Shown: positions 38,411 through 50,324, numbered from the whole stretch's first letter. The stretch is DNA of 63,688 nucleotides, filler included, from Octopus bimaculoides (GCF_001194135.2; 11 parts of 9 records of this genome joined end to end with filler, not necessarily neighbours in it); one strand, 5' to 3'. Notes: generated by a model from the sequence alone, not told the origin. Numbers and translations are program-made.

Positions 38411-39260
38411 TTGGAGGGAATAGTTGGGCAGCAGTGAATCGATCATATTCTACAGGTCTATAAGTAGATTCGGCAGATGGTGGAGAGGTCAGCCATAGAG
38501 ACAAAAGAACCTTTGCATCCTTTAGGTCAGCACAGATCAAATGTGTTTACTACTACCAGTGGCCGCTGACAGCGCTGCCTTGAAAAGAAGCAAATCAACC
38601 TGTTCTATTTGTAATTACTGGTAGAAAAAACAGCAATAATAATACACACACACACACACACACACANNNNNNNNNNNNNNNNNNNNNNNNNNNNNNNNNN
38701 NNNNNNNNNNNNNNNNNNNNNNNNNNNNNNNNNNNNNNNNNNNNNNNNNNNNNNNNNNNNNNNNNNNNNNNNNNNNNNNNNNNNNNNNNNNNNNNNNNNN
38801 NNNNNNNNNNNNNNNNNNNNNNNNNNNNNNNNNNNNNNNNNNNNNNNNNNNNNNNNNNNNNNNNNNNNNNNNNNNNNNNNNNNNNNNNNNNNNNNNNNNN
38901 NNNNNNNNNNNNNNNNNNNNNNNNNNNNNNNNNNNNNNNNNNNNNNNNNNNNNNNNNNNNNNNNNNNNNNNNNNNNNNNNNNNNNNNNNNNNNNNNNNNN
39001 NNNNNNNNNNNNNNNNNNNNNNNNNNNNNNNNNNNNNNNNNNNNNNNNNNNNNNNNNNNNNNNNNNNNNNNNNNNNNNNNNNNNNNNNNNNNNNNNNNNN
39101 NNNNNNNNNNNNNNNNNNNNNNNNNNNNNNNNNNNNNNNNNNNNNNNNNNNNNNNNNNNNNNNNNNNNNNNNNNNNNNNNNNNNNNNNNNNNAAGAAGAA
39201 GAAGAAGAAGAAGAAGAAGAAGAAGAAGATCGAAAAATACCTTAGTCGAAATTTCCCCAA

Positions 39261-39306
39261 GACACCTGATGAAGGCTGGAGGGTATATCAGCAGAAATGT
39301 TGCGTT
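39261..39306 (+). ncRNA. Minimal type I hammerhead ribozyme motif (decayed; Penelope-type)
   Basis: GACAC-CTGATGA-A-GGCTG-GAGGGTATAT-CAGCA-GAAA-TGTT-GCGTT. The CUGAUGA core is intact, stem II is GCTG/CAGC and stem I is GACAC/GCGTT. Deviations are CAGCA and GAAAT. Confidence 0.6.
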
Positions 39307-39399
39307 AACAACAAACAAGATGAGGACAAATATCCGTCAAATGTAAATAGTGTACATAATTCCTCATCTCTTAAATATAGAACTGTACATTCACATCTG

Positions 39400-39700
39400 T
39401 TGAGTAACTGATTTGTAATACTGCAGGGCTTTTCCTCCCTCTCCCATATAACTGTATCTGGCCTATTGCGCTTTCACTGGGTTGTTGCTTTATTGGAATA
39501 TTCGACACTTTTAGATGTGCATATCTTTTGGTTCTGACGTACCTTTGGTATGGCCGTCAGGACGATCTTTCTTGAATATAGCATCGTAGACCGTCTTAGC
39601 GACAACGTCATGAGATATGTCTCATGGCGAATTAATTTCTTGCGGAATTTTTGGATCGCTGCCTATGATATGAGTGGTATCTTTCATACTGGTATGACAC
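39400..39700 (-). pseudogene. RLE-type LINE fragment, same family as 14774-15335
   Basis: Minus strand HIIGSDPK...HDVVAKTVYDAI and KRNRPDTVIWEREEKPC, matching KHNRPDIMIWDREEKLC. Confidence 0.7.
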
Positions 39701-39706
39701 AATGTA

Positions 39707-41926
39707 GGTTTTCTGAAAATCCGCCCATCCATTAGATCGCCCATGGGCGTTTATTTGGATGGGCGGTTATTTGTAGTTAAAAGTTGAAACAGAGCTAGTG
39801 TTCTTGTTTGCATTCTGTTTAGACGTTCATTTGCTCTGTTCGACACTCGCCTTATTTCGTCGTCGGATTAATGTAACACCCTTTGATTGGTTACCGCTAT
39901 CTGATAGTTCGTCGGCTGCACCACGCCACTTATCTGATTCCATTATATTTGTCGTCATTGCTACGTGATCTGATTTACCTTGAATATCTCAATTTGTAAC
40001 ACAAGTTCCTATTGAACTCCGATATCCAGGGAATAACCACTGTCTTGCTGTTAATTTTCTTTACGTGTGTCATTAGTAATTATCTCGTTGCAAGCTTCAC
40101 TACGTTATTGTACAGTAAGTTTTGGTGGAGTAAATACGTCTCTAGATAAATTCAAAGGACTTTTATTCCCAATAATGGAGTCGAAAGAAAATATATCAAA
40201 ACGTGTTCAACGATCATATACCATTAGTGAAAAACTGAGTGCTATTGAACGAGTGAAAGAACATTCTGCTGCGTCAAGAGACTTAGGTATCGATAGAAAA
40301 CGATTGAGAGAATGGTGCACAAAAGAAACTGAGTTAGTCAATATGTCGGACAAGAGGAGGCGCAGATCAATCGGTGGAGGTAGAGGACCAGTACATAGAG
40401 ATCTAGAGATTGAACTCTTACAGTGAATTGTTGTTCAGCGTGAAAAAATATAATTGTAAATTATCGCCGTTTACGGGAACATGATTTTGAATTGGTAAAA
40501 AAGTTTGGAATTGAAATAAACAGCTTTAGATGTTCTGATAAATGGATTTTCAATTTCATGAAACGAAATAAACTGACTGTGGGAAAGATTACACATGTTG
40601 GTCAAGCAGACAATAAAACACTTGGAGAAAAGGCACAAATCGTCAGTGACTATCTAGATGGCATTCCAGTATTAACAGCAGATAAAGATGCTGACCAGAT
40701 TCATAATATGGATGAAACACCTGTATACGTTGACATGTTGAGTTCAACAACCATAGACTTTGTTGGCATTAAAAATGTAGATGTTACCCACTGTGGTGCT
40801 ACCAAAGCTCGTTTTACTGCTGTGTTGTGTGTTAATGCCGCAGGAAAGGAGTTGAAAACAATGATTATCCTCAAAGGATTGAAAAACGTGCCTAAAATCA
40901 AGGTCCCAAAGAATATGTACTTAACAGTCTCCAACAGGGGATCAATTACATATGAACTCATGCAGCTGTGGGTTGACAAAGTGTTTGAGTAGAGAACAGC
41001 ACAACTATTCCATACTCAAAATTCAGTGCTATTCATGGATGAATGCTCAGTGCACAAGTAAACAGAGCTCCTAGAAGTGTTCAAACGTAGGAATACAATT
41101 CTCAAACTTATACCTCCTAAAACAAGATCTTACTTGCAGCCGTTAGATGTATCAATTATTGGTCTTTTCAAGAAAGCCCTTCGTGTTGAATGGGAGAATT
41201 GGTTTTCAAATGACAAAAAGGAGTATACAAATAAAGGATATCGCAAAAAACCTTCTTATCAAGAGATAGTGAACTTTGGGACCCAAGCTGTTTCTACTTT
41301 AAATAAAGGAACTATAAAGCGTGCTTTTGAATGTTGTGGAATTGCTCTCCTCGTGGACAGACTGTAGAACATAGCCTCTTAAACTCACGCTTACAGAATG
41401 TTTTGTTTGGCCTTGAGGTAAATGTGCTAGATGCACAGAATGACAAATTGAAGAAGATGAGATACAAGTAAGTGAAATTAGCTCTGATGTGAATTATGGC
41501 CAAGCGACAAATGAAGAAATTCGTGATATTTAACTTGAAACTATTTTGTTATTATTCTACCATAAATGTCCAAGGACATTATTTGTTCATACGAAGCTTC
41601 TGTTCCTGTTTTCAACTGTTTGATTTTCAATATTTCCTAATAGATCCATTGTTAATTTCAGAATATTTTTTAATATGCTACTTCTTTTAAGGCTGTTTTA
41701 GTTTCTTTATGTCTATATATCTGATAACTGAAACGATAGAAGTTCAATGGAATTGTATAAAACAAATATGGTTTGTGAGAATATCTTTGTTTTTCCTAGG
41801 TGAAATATTTTACTTCCATATTACCGCCCATGAGCGCTTATTATATGTGGGCGGTTAATTAAGCCGGAAAATATTTTTATAAAATAGAATTTTCCGTTTA
41901 ACAGCCCTTGGCGGATTTTCGGAATG
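39707..41926 (+). mobile_element. pogo/Tc2-like DNA transposon, ~2.2 kb, with decayed transposase
   Basis: HTH region (RSYTISEKLSAIE...RKRLREW), CENP-B-like HTH (FRCSDKWIFNFMKRNKL) and DDE_1 motifs NMDETP, LFMDECSVH and LQPLDV, with stops and frameshifts. Termini GAAAATCCGCC (39715-39725) / GGCGGATTTTC (41910-41920); palindromic CGCCCAT..TGGGCGG modules at both ends; TA at 39705 and 41927. Confidence 0.9.
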
Positions 41927-42175
41927 TATGTATGTATGGATGGATGGATAGATGCAAGCATGCATGCAGGTATGTTATGTACATGTTTATGTGTGTATGT
42001 GCGTGTATACACACACACATATGCTTATATATACATACGTTGTGTGTGTGTTTGTCCCCCACAACCGCTTAATATCTGGTGTTGATGTGTTTATGTCCCG
42101 TGGCTTAGCGTTTCAGTAAAAGATATTAATAGAATTAGTACCAGGCTTAAAAAATGAGAGATAACAAAAAAAAAC

Positions 42176-42293
42176 AAAACAATAGTTATGTTATGAACTT
42201 CATTAGCTTACAGCTGTTTCTGCTATAAGATGCAGTCGACTCGTAAGCTTAACGACTGTATGCTAATGAAGTTCATAACATAACTATTGTTTT
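42176..42293. repeat. Perfect 32-bp inverted repeat enclosing a hammerhead half-site
   Basis: 42176-42207 is the exact reverse complement of 42262-42293. The minus strand of the loop reads TGC-ATCTTATA-GCA-GAAAC-AGCT-GTA. Confidence 0.7.
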
Positions 42294-42421
42294 TCCTGTC
42301 ATCTCTCTTTCTTATTACCGCTCTATACTCGACTAACGCTTCGCTCAGAGGCATACGCATATTGAGTTCTACACCAGGTTATTACTATCGCAATGTCCAG
42401 GCAAAATATTAATATATATAC

Positions 42422-42493
<72 letters not shown>

Positions 42494-43416
42494 TTCCTTT
42501 CCCGAGCGTCCAATAACACTATCCGTATCACGTCCTCACTTTGTTGTTTTTTTGTTATTGTTTTTTGNNNNNNNNNNNNNNNNNNNNNNNNNNNNNNNNN
42601 NNNNNNNNNNNTTAATTAATTAANNNNNNNNNNNNNNNNNNNNNNNNNNNNNNNNNNNNNNNNNNNNAGTATAAATAAATAAACTGCGATTAAAAAGTTG
42701 ATTAAAATATTAGAGACCGGTACAAATATAGTATAATAAAAATATATATATATAGAAAAAATATATAGAGAAAAAAATAATACATAGGGAAATGTTGCAA
42801 ACCAGTTCATTCACTGAGGCCAATAGCCAATAAAAGAAGTTCAAGATAAATAGTATGAAAGTTCAACTACCTCCCTCATGACAGCAAATTTAGTAGGTAA
42901 AATCCAATTTCATAAACAGGAATACCGAAATGCACGGGACAAAACAACAACAGAACATCCAATGTGTGGCAAAGTAAAATCCATATTTCACCATTCCGCA
43001 GGTAACATCAGTAAAGTCAAACCATAAACATCATTTACAGTGGACTACAAGTATAGCTCGGAATACAAACACAGAACACCTATGGCCATTTCAGGGGTAT
43101 ATCACCGTATTTAGGGCACAATAAAGTACAAATTAGTGATAACCCCTTCTTCAGGGTAAAAAAGACACACAGACATCAGCAAAGTCACCAGTCAAAAGCA
43201 AGCTTGAATAAATAATAATATGGACTAGACCAAAAAAAAAAAAAAAGATCTAATTTTTAGTATACCCTTTAGAATAGTCAGGCAGGTTTTGTAACTAAAA
43301 GCTATTAGGTTTCAAATCCAACGTAAGCCATGATAAAAAATAAATAAAAAGTAAATACTACCATTGTATCTATATTTTTATTATTATTTTTATATCAATA
43401 TTTTTGTCTTTTTATT

Positions 43417-44000
43417 TTAATTTCTATTTCTATTATTACCATTACTATCACCATTACTACCATTATTACCACTACTAATACTATTATTTTTGTTCTTATT
43501 TCTATTTTTATATAGTTTTAGGAAGGTGGAGGAAAATTTATGATTGCAAAAAGGGATTACCTCGATAAACTTATTCAAGGTTTTTGGCCCAAAAGACCTA
43601 AGAATGGAAAGGGATTCCCTAATGCATAATAAGCACTTGCTAATATTAGCCTTAAATTGGGGCGTTCTAGATACGATTGACCATTCAAGATAGTACTTCT
43701 TATTCCTCGTCTTGAGGTCATGCAGGTAAGAGGCGAGTGTTGTGGAATTATAATATTTCTCATTAGAAAAGGAACTCATGTGCGCCCTATACCTGGCTTT
43801 AAAATTCACTGAACTTCCAATATAAAACTTATTTTGTTTGTCCTCGTCTCTAATTACGCATTTATACACTACGTTTGTGGACAAACAAAGTCTGCTGAGA
43901 GGACATAAAGAAGGGTCCCTACAATTACATATTTTTTTACGGCCACCCTTAAAGTCATTTCCAACATCATTAACCGCCCTCAGAAATTTATTCTTATCAA
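43417..44000 (-). pseudogene. Penelope-like element: C-terminal GIY-YIG endonuclease
   Basis: KKICNCRDPSLCPLSRLCLSTNVVYKC...KFYIGSS..FKARYRAH..SF...STTLASY...WSIV...KCLLCIRE...LNK..EV...CNH: VVY-YIG motif, conserved R/E/N residues and Cys/His zinc ligands. Confidence 0.9.
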
Positions 44001-44049
44001 AATATTCCCTTCAAAACTAGAATTTCATATATACATAACATAAGATTTT

Positions 44050-44705
44050 AAAATAAGTTGGCAGGTTTACCACCCGACCATATTGCGTTCGATCGGTGTG
44101 GAGGTAAAAATCTTTTTAGTAGTTACCATAGTAAGCAATCTTTTAGGAATGGGACTAGGAACAATGGAAATATAAATAAAAATAGGAATAAATACAAAAA
44201 TGTGAATAAAAATATAGACAGTTTAAATAAGCCTACGATACGGGAAAATCCTAAGGGAATATTTAAAACAAGTTTCGCGACCCAGAATAAGAGAAGTAAT
44301 CTGGTTCGCCTCCCCCTTTTTCCCTCAGGGTTAGAAACTTACCAAAAATGTTCTTTAGGATCTTAGAAAATAATTTTCCTAGGGACCACAAATACTACAG
44401 TATTTGTAACAGGTCTACAATTAAGTGTTCCTACTCTGGAATGCCAAAGTTAGCATCCATTATTGCCTCTTTAAATAGGAATAAAATAAATAAGTTAAAG
44501 CTATGCGAATATCCGTCTCAGGGAAACCCTGTTTCTAATAAAACTAACTGTAAACTACACGACGATTGTGGAACGGGCTCTTCATTCCCTCGGATTATGC
44601 CTAAATCTGGGAATGAGATAAGTGGAATGGTTGATAAGAATAAATTTCTGAGGGCGGTTAATGATGTTGGAAATGACTTTAAGGGTGGCCGTAAAAAATT
44701 ATGTA
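44050..44705 (+). pseudogene. Penelope-like element: RT thumb/linker region, in opposite orientation to 43417-44000
   Basis: REVIWF(A)SP then, after a frameshift, FFRILENNFPRDHKYYSICNRSTIKCSYSGMPKLASII (WFNPP...F..H...FNR..K.SYS.MP linker pattern). 44631-44705 is the reverse complement of 43926-44000 with 1 mismatch. Confidence 0.85.
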
Positions 44706-44805
44706 NNNNNNNNNNNNNNNNNNNNNNNNNNNNNNNNNNNNNNNNNNNNTTAATTAATTAANNNNNNNNNNNNNNNNNNNNNNNNNNNNNNNNNNNNNNN
44801 NNNNN

Positions 44806-44853
<48 letters not shown>

Positions 44854-44980
44854 GTATATACATGCATATTATATACATACACACATACATTTATATACAT
44901 ATCGTATTTAAAAAAGCTTAAATCCGAAAGAAGCACATTCTAAGATGTAGAGCAGTATATTAAAAATGGGGAAGGCCAAT

Positions 44981-45042
44981 TAGGATCTGACGATACGCCA
45001 TAAAGCTAAGCCCTTTACGGACGGGAAACCTAAGGTAATTCC
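44981..45042 (+). ncRNA. Type I hammerhead ribozyme motif inside a 116-nt hairpin
   Basis: CTGACGA (44987-44993); stem II CGCCATAAAG/CTTTACGGACG; GAAA (45025-45028); stem III ACC-TAA-GGT; cleavage triplet GTA (45035-45037); stem I GGAT/ATTCC; closed by a perfect 19-bp inverted repeat (44956-44974 / 45053-45071). Confidence 0.65.
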
Positions 45043-45139
45043 ATAAACCGGGCTTCCCCATTTTTAATATATACATACACACTAACATATATACATGCGT
45101 ACATACATGCGTACATACATGCGTACATACATGCGTACA

Positions 45140-45340
45140 TATATGTGTGCGCTTGTGTGTGGCAGCATTTTTGCGTTTGTCCCTCACCACCGCTTGGCAA
45201 CTGGTTTCGGTTTGTTTACGTCCTCATGAGTTTTGGCTTAGGAAAAAACATACTTGTGTCGATTTGTTCGACTAAACCTTTCAAGGCGGCCCCAGCATGA
45301 CCGTCGTCTCATGGCTGAAACAGATGAAAGATAAAAAATA
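45140..45340 (+). mobile_element. SINE family A, 3' half, diverged
   Basis: TTTGTCCCTCACCACCGCTTGGCAAC...GTCGATTTGTTCGACTAAA...CCCCAGCATGACC...GAAACAGATGAAAGATAAAA. Confidence 0.75.
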
Positions 45341-45958
45341 TCCAATGACACATTGTCTTTTTCAAAATTGGTAAGGAATAATTTAACGAAAATTTGGCTG
45401 TTATTTGTTGCAGGTCGAACGGTTATATAGAGGTTCCTTCATTGCCTGTGTATTTGACTGAGGACAGTGCCAAGAAGTTGAGACACAACTGGCGTTTGCA
45501 ATTTGTTAATATAGAGATATAAGAGCGAAAGATAGTGATGAGTTGAGGGTTGGAGGGAAATTAATCGACGTTATGTGTTTGAGAGCTAATTGCAATTCGT
45601 TATTCAAATGAGACACTTTAATCGTCCTGTGCCGACATGCAATATACGATGTCAGTTAATTTAAAAAGTTTTGAACTTTTTTTATCGGAAGAAAACATTG
45701 TTTTCACAAATTTTATCGAATACATTTTATTGATTGATGATTTTTCTTTAGGAAATTCCCGGTTTTCAATTCTTTCAAATACATTTTATTGCGGTTTTTA
45801 AAAGCTATTTTTGTATTAAATAATTAAAACAGGAATGCCAATGTTAAAGAGAGATTTTAAGTAAACTTAATTTTAAAACATTTAAAATTTGTCGCTTTTA
45901 TATTTTCACTAAAATTAATGTTTGACATATTTTTCTATTTGAAGGAAACTTACAAACC

Positions 45959-46016
45959 ATGAGTAGAACCAATGGAATTGTGTGCTTCACGGGGTGGCTC
46001 TTAACTTTCGTCTCAG
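45959..46016 (+). CDS. Candidate first coding exon encoding a signal peptide (MSRTNGIVCFTGWLLTFVS|G)
   Basis: ACC-ATG Kozak context; basic N-region plus hydrophobic core; phase-1 donor CAG|GTAAAT at 46016/46017; upstream acceptor TTTTTCTATTTGAAG| at 45944 giving 14 nt of UTR. Confidence 0.55.
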
Positions 46017-46214
46017 GTAAATGCTAAACATTTTTAGTGTTCTTCATAAAACTTGCACAGATTCATTGCTTTTAATTTGCTACCTTCTCGCATCAAAACG
46101 ATTTTTAAAGAGTGGCACGTGTAATTAGCTAAATTATTAGTTTATCAGTAATCGCAAAAAAAAAAAAATAATAAAAACGGAAAATCAATTTAGTCACGGA
46201 TTTAGAGAGTTTGT

Positions 46215-46282
<68 letters not shown>

Positions 46283-46727
46283 TAATTAAATAGATTGCTC
46301 AATTAAAAAAAAAAGCATAGAAACTGAAAATTTTGGGTGACAGGTAATTAATCAGTCAACGGCTCACTTCAAATCTTCTCCCTGGCGTTTGAATGCTTTT
46401 AACAAATTACCAATCTCTGATCAGATGAAAAATCCTTAGACAAGGTTTTTACCCCACCCCACCTATCAGAAGCCCTACAAAAAAGTCATCAATGCTTCCC
46501 TTCTTCCGCTGAATAAACTATATACTAAAGCAAGCATTGCTGATGAAATTGTCTCAAAGCGACGAAAATATTTTGGCAAATTAAGTTTAAATGTTCAAGT
46601 GAATCTAACGGTTTTTGTGTGTTATTTTAAATGGCTTATAAACACCTTCCACGCTGCAATTGTTTTCGTTCCAGCACACGACCTCAGATTAGGTCACTTG
46701 CTATGCAAGTACATCTCCGTAATCATA

Positions 46728-46759
<32 letters not shown>

Positions 46760-46769
46760 TTATGTTTGA

Positions 46770-46921
46770 CTTTTGTTTTGCATTTGTACAAGTTGGATCC
46801 AAGTCTCACCCAGAGACCTCAAGAGACAACAAGTTAGAAGTTCATGTAGGTGTTATGCCTAGGGTACCATATATTTGGATTTGTACAGTTTTGTTCAAGT
46901 GAATGTTTAAGAAACCATAAG
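46770..46921 (-). mobile_element. 3' UTR of a young RLE-type LINE in (TAA)n
   Basis: 152 bp identical to 12994-13145. Confidence 0.75.
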
Positions 46922-47528
46922 NNNNNNNNNNNNNNNNNNNNNNNNNNNNNNNNNNNNNNNNNNNNTTAATTAATTAANNNNNNNNNNNNNNNNNNNNNNN
47001 NNNNNNNNNNNNNNNNNNNNNAGAGAACATTCTACTTCATCAGCTACCCTCGTTTTAACACCGGCGTTTCGAAGAGCTTGGCAGGGCGCATCGTTAAAAC
47101 GGCTCTTCCCATGGACCGCAAATTAAATTTGTATACACAAATTAAATCTTGCCATGGAGGAATGTAGTGGCGGACAAAAAACAAGACAGGAAAACAAACA
47201 GAAAAGGCTTTACGGCCAGACGAGAAAAATTATGTGTGTATGAACGCTGTGAGGCACGAACTTGAAAGGGACGAAGTAGTTCACGTGTTTGCTCGGCGAT
47301 AGCCAAGGAAGAAAAGGATTATTGACCGGAAGATGTAACCATGCCGGTGTAAGGGGAAGAGAGAGAGAGGACATTTGTGTATGTACATTTAAATGTACAT
47401 ATATGTATTTATGTAAAAATCCTGCCAAAACAGTCACAGAAGTCCGTTGCAGCCTGACCAGCTCTTGTGGTACCGTCCCACCCATGCTTGCATGGAACAC
47501 AGCCATTAGATGATGATGATGATGATGA

Positions 47529-47670
47529 CGACGGGCTTCTTTCAGTTTCCATCTACCAAATCCACTCACCAAGCTTTGGTTGGCCCAAGGCTATAGTAGA
47601 AGACACTTGCCCAAGGTGCCACAGTGGGACTGAACCCACAACCATGTGGTTGGGAAGCAACTTTCTTACG
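47529..47670 (-). mobile_element. SINE family A head abutting a family D tail
   Basis: ACGACGGGCTTCTTTCAGTTTCC...CACAGTGGGACTGAACCCACAACCATGTGG. Confidence 0.8.
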
Positions 47671-50324
47671 CCTGAATACAATGGTGCTTCAGCTCTCGGT
47701 CAAATACTTCCTATTTTCTTTTCATTTATCTGGATATTCTTATCAATGGTTTCCTGTTGTCTTCCTCAAATCTTATTCAAGGATCAGAAACATAAAAATT
47801 CAGAGTTACAAAATTAAGTTTTTGCTTTAGAATATATTTTTGTTACTCTACTTTCGGTATTGAGTACTCACTATCTTCCATCTTGTTTACATTGAAGTGT
47901 TTGTTTCTATTACATACATACATACACATGTCTGTTTATCTGTCTAGTTGGGTGCTTATCAGCTCACTTATCTACTTATCTAAATACAACTCTAAATAAA
48001 ACACTGGACCACTGAGAACCTATTTTTATTGGGGCAACAGGAAATATGCTGACCCGTCTGGAGCAAAGTATGGCTGAACTTCGGATTTTGGGGAGAGAAT
48101 GCAAATCCTTAATTCATAAGCCACAAATGATCACAATATCTGGGAGTAAAAAAAATCTGCAGGACCCTCTAAAGATTTAAAGAAAGATGGACAAAACAAG
48201 ATACTTTCGTTCACAACCTTGCTACCAAGTAAGTAGGTGACCGGTCAAAGTTTAATCTGAATTAAAAAGAGAAAGACATACACACATACATACAAGCATA
48301 CACACATGCATAAACACACACACACACACACACACACACATAAACATATATATACATCAGTGTTAACTAACCATGAAATGAAAGAATGGCTTATTTAACA
48401 TATCATTCTAAATTCACTGCAATTTAATATGGAAGTATTCACTGATAATAAGTGAACATTCAAAAGCAATACTTTTGAACAAACTACAAATTTAGACATT
48501 AATCTGCAAAAGCAAGATCAGAGTTTCATAAATAACATATTTGTCTGAATACAAACAATTCTTTAGTTTTGAGCGAGTTGTGTTTTTATAATTAAATATA
48601 TTCAAAATAGTTGAGATATCTCCAAAAGTAGAATACCAGGCTAAAAGCAACATGATATGGTATTCCATCTTTCTTATTCATATGAGTGAGTTCAAACCCT
48701 ACAACAACTGGCTTTGTATTTTTATTCCTTTAGATTTCAGAAATAGAAATACTCACATGCCTGCAGGTTCAATCCCACTGCATGGCACCGACAACAAGGG
48801 TCTTCTTCTATAACCCCAGGCTGATCAATGCCTTGTGAGTGGATTTGGCATCCAGAAACAATGTAAGTATGTGTGTATGTATGTCATTTTTCAGTGCCAC
48901 TTGACTGGCACCCATGCCGGTGGCACATATAAAGCACCATTTGAATGTGGTCGATGCCAGTGCCACCTGACTGGCTCCTGTGCTGGTGGCATGTAAAAAG
49001 CACCCACTACACTCTCGGAGTGGTTAGCGTTAGGAAGGGCATCTAGCTGTAGAAAACCTTGCCAGAACAGATTGGAGCCTGGTTCAGACTCCTGGCTTAC
49101 CAGTCCTCAGTCAAACCGTCCAACCCATGCCAGCATGGAAAACGGACGTTAAACGACGATGATGATGATGATTTCAAGATTTCTTGTCAATAAAGAGAGA
49201 GTTGGTTTCTAACCTTCATTCCAAGGCTCCTTCATTCAAATTTCAACAACATCAACAGAGTATTTTTGCTTGTAAATGTGTATGAGTGCACGTGTACATA
49301 TATGTATGCATGCATATTATTGTATGCAGATAAACTTGTGTGTGCCTACATATATATATGTAAGTATATATGCGTGTACGTATGTATGCTCTTCTCTTCC
49401 TCATTTTAATGTAGAATAAACTTTGGCCAGCCACCGACTGAGCAGCAAGGTCGTGAAGGAAAGCATCTTGTTTCAATCACTGTTCTTTAAATGTTTTTAT
49501 AGTCCCAGATATCATAATCATTCATAACATATGTATGTATATAAGCATGTATGTATGTGTGTGTGTGTATGTGTGCATGCATGTATGTATTTATGTATAT
49601 GTGTATATATGTATGCATGCAAGTATGTATGTATTTATGTGTGTGTGTGTATATGTATGTATGTAATGTATGTATGCATGTGCGGATGCATGTATGTATT
49701 TATGTATGTGTGTATATATTTATGCATGTATGTATGTATTTATGTATGTGTGCAAGCATGTATGTATGTACATATGTATGTATGCGCGCATGCATGCATA
49801 CATGTATGTATGCATGCATGTATGTATGTATATAAAGATGTATGTATGCATGCATGGATGTATGTATGCATCTATGTAAGCATGTATGTATACATGTATG
49901 CATATTGTTGTATGCATGTATGCATGTATGTGTGTGTATGTGTGTATGTATGTATATATATATATGTATGCATGTATGTGTGTATGTGCACATGTATCAT
50001 CATCATCATCATCGTTAACGTATGTTTTCCATGCTGGCATGGGTTGGACGATTTGACTGAGGACTAGCGAACCAGATGGCTGCACCAGGCTCCAATCTGA
50101 TCTGGCAGAGTAGTTATATTTTTCTTATGAATCACATAGACCTCATAGAAGTGCTCAAGTCAAACCTGAGACTTGAATTTCTTCCATTTTATTTATTCTA
50201 TATATATATATATATNNNNNNNNNNNNNNNNNNNNNNNNNNNNNNNNNNNNNNNNNNNNTTAATTAATTAANNNNNNNNNNNNNNNNNNNNNNNNNNNNN
50301 NNNNNNNNNNNNNNNGAGAGAGAA

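Noticed and set aside
48163-48228. 66-nt phase 1-1 open segment (GPSKDLKKDGQNKILSFTTLLP) with a GTAAGT donor between the signal exon and the mucin exon
   Set aside because: The acceptor is A-rich with no pyrimidine tract and the peptide is not recognisable; not supportable without RNA data.
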